From: Oculina patagonica
Lineage: Eukaryota
Direction: 5' to 3'
Assembly: GCF_052425735.1 (NCBI RefSeq)
Contig: NC_135767.1
Coordinates: 2,666,001 to 2,730,000 of the forward strand
Length of the DNA: 64,000 bases
The position numbers and the translations under genes are program-made. Position 1 is the first letter of the stretch. Each line of letters begins with the position of its first letter. The notes beneath the pieces were generated by a model, which was not told the origin of the DNA, made no database searches, and was given only the letters and a program-made list of their open reading frames with translations. Shown piece after piece: positions 61,116 to 64,000 of the stretch.

Positions 61116-63624
61116 ATGAGTCAAGCACCTTATCCGCCTGCTGGATATGCCTACGGACCTGGACAAGGATATCAATCAGGTAAATAATGCTATTAATTTC
61201 CAGTGAATAATTATGTAAGGCTGACACTCAGTGGTCAGATTGTACATTTCCATTGTTTTTTTGTACATAATGTATTACTGAGGTTAGTTACGTAAAATTA
61301 TTTTTTTCGCAGGTCAACCTCAGGTTGGTTTTGCTCCTCAACAAGGCTATGGACCCCCACCCCCTCAGCAACAGGGCTATGGACCCCCACCCCATCAGCA
61401 GCATGGCCATGGTCCCCCACCCCCTCAGCATGGGGGTTTCAATTTGGCCATCAGTGGTAAGCAGAACTTAATGTTCTATTAATGATTAACAGACTGTAAA
61501 CATTATCAGCCTAAGGAGTTTCATATTTGTATATAAAATATTAAATAAATATGCATAGAGATTGAGACAGCTAAGTGGTAAGAGATCACGGTGTTGGGTT
61601 GACTTCTTGGGTAAAGCTCTTTTTGCTATAAATTATTATTAATGTGTGGGGATAGTATTATGTGGAGACACAGTGGCCTAAATGACTATGAACTCCGGAT
61701 CCAGTGATCCGGGTTTAAGCCCTGGCCAGGGTCATTGTGTTGTGTTCTTAGGCAAGACACTTTACTCTCTCATAATACCTTTCTCCACCCAGGTGTATAA
61801 ATGGGTACTAGGAACTATGCTGGGGGTAACCCTGCGATGGACTGGCAGTTCATCCAGGGGGAGTAGAAATAGCCGTAGTAATGTTTAATGCTACAGAAAC
61901 TGGGATAAACTCCAGCATATATTGGCCACTTGGTTCAATCCAGACTTTACCATTTTTTTATTATTACAGTCAACTCTTGCCTTGCGGACACCCCGCTATT
62001 ACAGACACTCGCTATTACAGAAAAAAAAACCGAGATCCCCGGCGAATGAGGTTTGACTGATAATGACGCCCGCTAATACTGTCTCTCACTATAACAGACA
62101 GTCAATGATGCCCCGAGCATGTCCACTATAAGGAGAGTTGACTGTATGATATTAGTTAAATCAATGAGTTTATGAACCATTTTGTTTTACTATAGGGAGA
62201 GTTGACCGACCCACATACTCAGGGTCAGACGTGCCGCCACAGGATGTGTTTGATAATCAGTTTGCCAAGGCTCCTGTTCCCTCTGCACCCCCGCCTGATA
62301 TGTTTGCACACTACTCTGGATATGAAAATACACAGTATGGTAAGAAGCAATGTTTATTCTATCAGCCTAAAGTGATAAGCATTATTATGAAGGGTGTTAA
62401 AAGAATTTTTTTCCTTTTGGTCACCTGTTTTAACAAGTACTAGAATTGTTAGAGTTTTTGTCTCCTGATATAAGAATTCCAACTCGATCGGAATCAGTGG
62501 ACGAAGAGCCACCCTGTGGAAGCGCCACTGCAAATTCCCATTTTAATAATTATTATTATTTTATTTGTTATTAAAAAGAACCTTGTTTCTGAGGCAAGGT
62601 GCCCCTTAAGTATGTTAGCCCTTAGCCTCTGGGGTGGGTTCAGAGCTGTGCTCTAGCAGAGCCTGGGTGCCACAGGTGACCCACTTTTGTCTTTGGCCAA
62701 ATTGTACAACTTTGCTATAATAAAAGCTTTTAAGAGCTGGGTATCCAAGATTTCTTAATAAGAGCCTTCGGCACCCTGCAATTTTTCTTTGAGCACAGCT
62801 TTGCAGTTGGTATACCCTAAATGATATAATAATTGCCCGGGGCATCTATTAAATTTTTGGTGTCCAAGAGAGGGCATTAAATAGATATTATGAGGTGTTT
62901 ATTTGAGAGAGGTGTTTGATGTCCAAGTCAAACAAGAAACTAATTAAAATTTACTGTGTGATTTTACTTTATGAGGCGTTTCCTTGGTTTTTCAGGCGAA
63001 TCTTGGTGGGGCATCTATTAGACAGGGCGTTTATTAGAGGGGGGCGTCTATTACAAACTTAACACCTCTGTCAGCAGAGGCGTCTATAAGATACAAGGCA
63101 TTTGTTTGAGAGTAGGCATTTATTAGATCATTTATGGTATGTTTGAGAACTCGTGCAGGCTGGAGTGTTGTTGGGCAAGACACTTAACATTCATATAGTA
63201 CCTTTCTTTAATCTGGAGTACTAATTGGCACTGCATGACCAACTGCTAGCCAGCAGCCTGCCAAACATTCTGGGCATGGGGTAACCTGCAATCTAGATGA
63301 GTTAGCTATATCATTCTATCCAGAATAAGTACAGAGTACCTTCATGATACAGAAACCAGGAAAAAGCCTGGCCCAGTGATGTAGAGCAGATTTATTTTCA
63401 AAAATTATCATAGTCACATATTGATAAAAATTTCAAGATTGATAACTGGTGCAGCAGCAAATTGGGGATGAAAGGGTGATTAAGTGCAAGTATCAGACGA
63501 ATGGACATTGTTCATTAAAAATGTCCTTAATGATCCAATTTTTTGCAGGCAGTTCATTTGTCCCTCCTCCACCCCCATATGTGCCTCCACCTAACTCACA
63601 GATGCCAGAACAGCACTTCCAACA
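61116..63624 (+). CDS. SSUH2: SSUH2-like paralog (copy 2), first 4 coding exons; continues beyond the window
   Basis: Exons 61116-61179, 61313-61456, 62196-62339 and 63549-63624 have the same intron phases as copy 1, and exons 3 and 4 have the same lengths (144 and 76 nt). MSQAPYPP...YSGSDVP...PSAPPPDMF...PPPPPY...PEQHFQ. Confidence 0.85.
61664..61955 (+). mobile_element. tRNA-derived SINE (same family as 50146)
   Basis: GTGGCCTAAATG..., GGGTTTAAGCCCTGGCCAGGG, GGCAAGACACTTTACTCTC and AACCCTGCGATGGACTGGC. Confidence 0.75.
61967..62144. mobile_element. Tc1/mariner-type MITE
   Basis: TA|CAGTCAACTCT ... AGAGTTGACTG|TA. Confidence 0.8.
62815..63137. mobile_element. Degenerate copy of the 45547-46061 MITE
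   Basis: Collinear homology; ends TTATTAGATCATTTATGG|TA. Confidence 0.75.
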
Positions 63625-64000
63625 GTGAGTTTTTTTAATATGTTTGTTACTTTAAGCAATGCTACTAGATTCAGTCATAGTAGCTTGGAAATACTGTAAG
63701 ATGTTTCTCTTTGAAAGCATGATGGCCATTACTCCAGGGAGATATTCAAGGGGGGAAATTCTTTTAATTAATAATGAAGCTGTGCAGAGATCTTTGAAGT
63801 ACCTCTCTGTAGTAATAGGTACTTCACTGCCTGGACACACCAGAATAAAAATTATATTTGACTGCATTTCTTAATTCTGTTCCCTTTGGGTAGTGGATGA
63901 ATATGATTTAGGCTTACAAAGGGTGGGGAGAGGCGGGGGGGAGGGGGTGATTTGTCCCTTTATTCTGTCCAGGCAATGCCTTGTTCCATAGGTCTGCAAT

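Overview
Eukaryotic, AT-rich genomic DNA with spliced genes. The repeat families (Deu/Nin SINE, Crypton-type elements, Penelope-type ends) suggest a cnidarian, probably a stony coral; this is inference. Genes reconstructed by hand: LAMTOR5 (minus strand, 4 exons, missed by the ORF track) head-to-head with an intronless BTB-BACK-PHR gene; an 11-exon TPR-like gene; an intronless class A GPCR; a divergent pair of intronless PH-domain paralogs; one complete 13-exon SSUH2-like gene and the start of a tandem paralog. Non-coding highlights: an intact minimal type I hammerhead ribozyme inside a 270-bp direct repeat (candidate non-LTR retrozyme, 43729-44103); a 5.8-kb 19-bp satellite apparently enclosed by Crypton-type element ends; a fold-back Kolobok element with a THAP relic in each arm; a tandem duplication rich in E-boxes and D-boxes; several MITEs with 5-bp TSDs; and several SINEs. 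The long ORFs at 27-33 kb are satellite artefacts. No CRISPR array or rRNA was seen.
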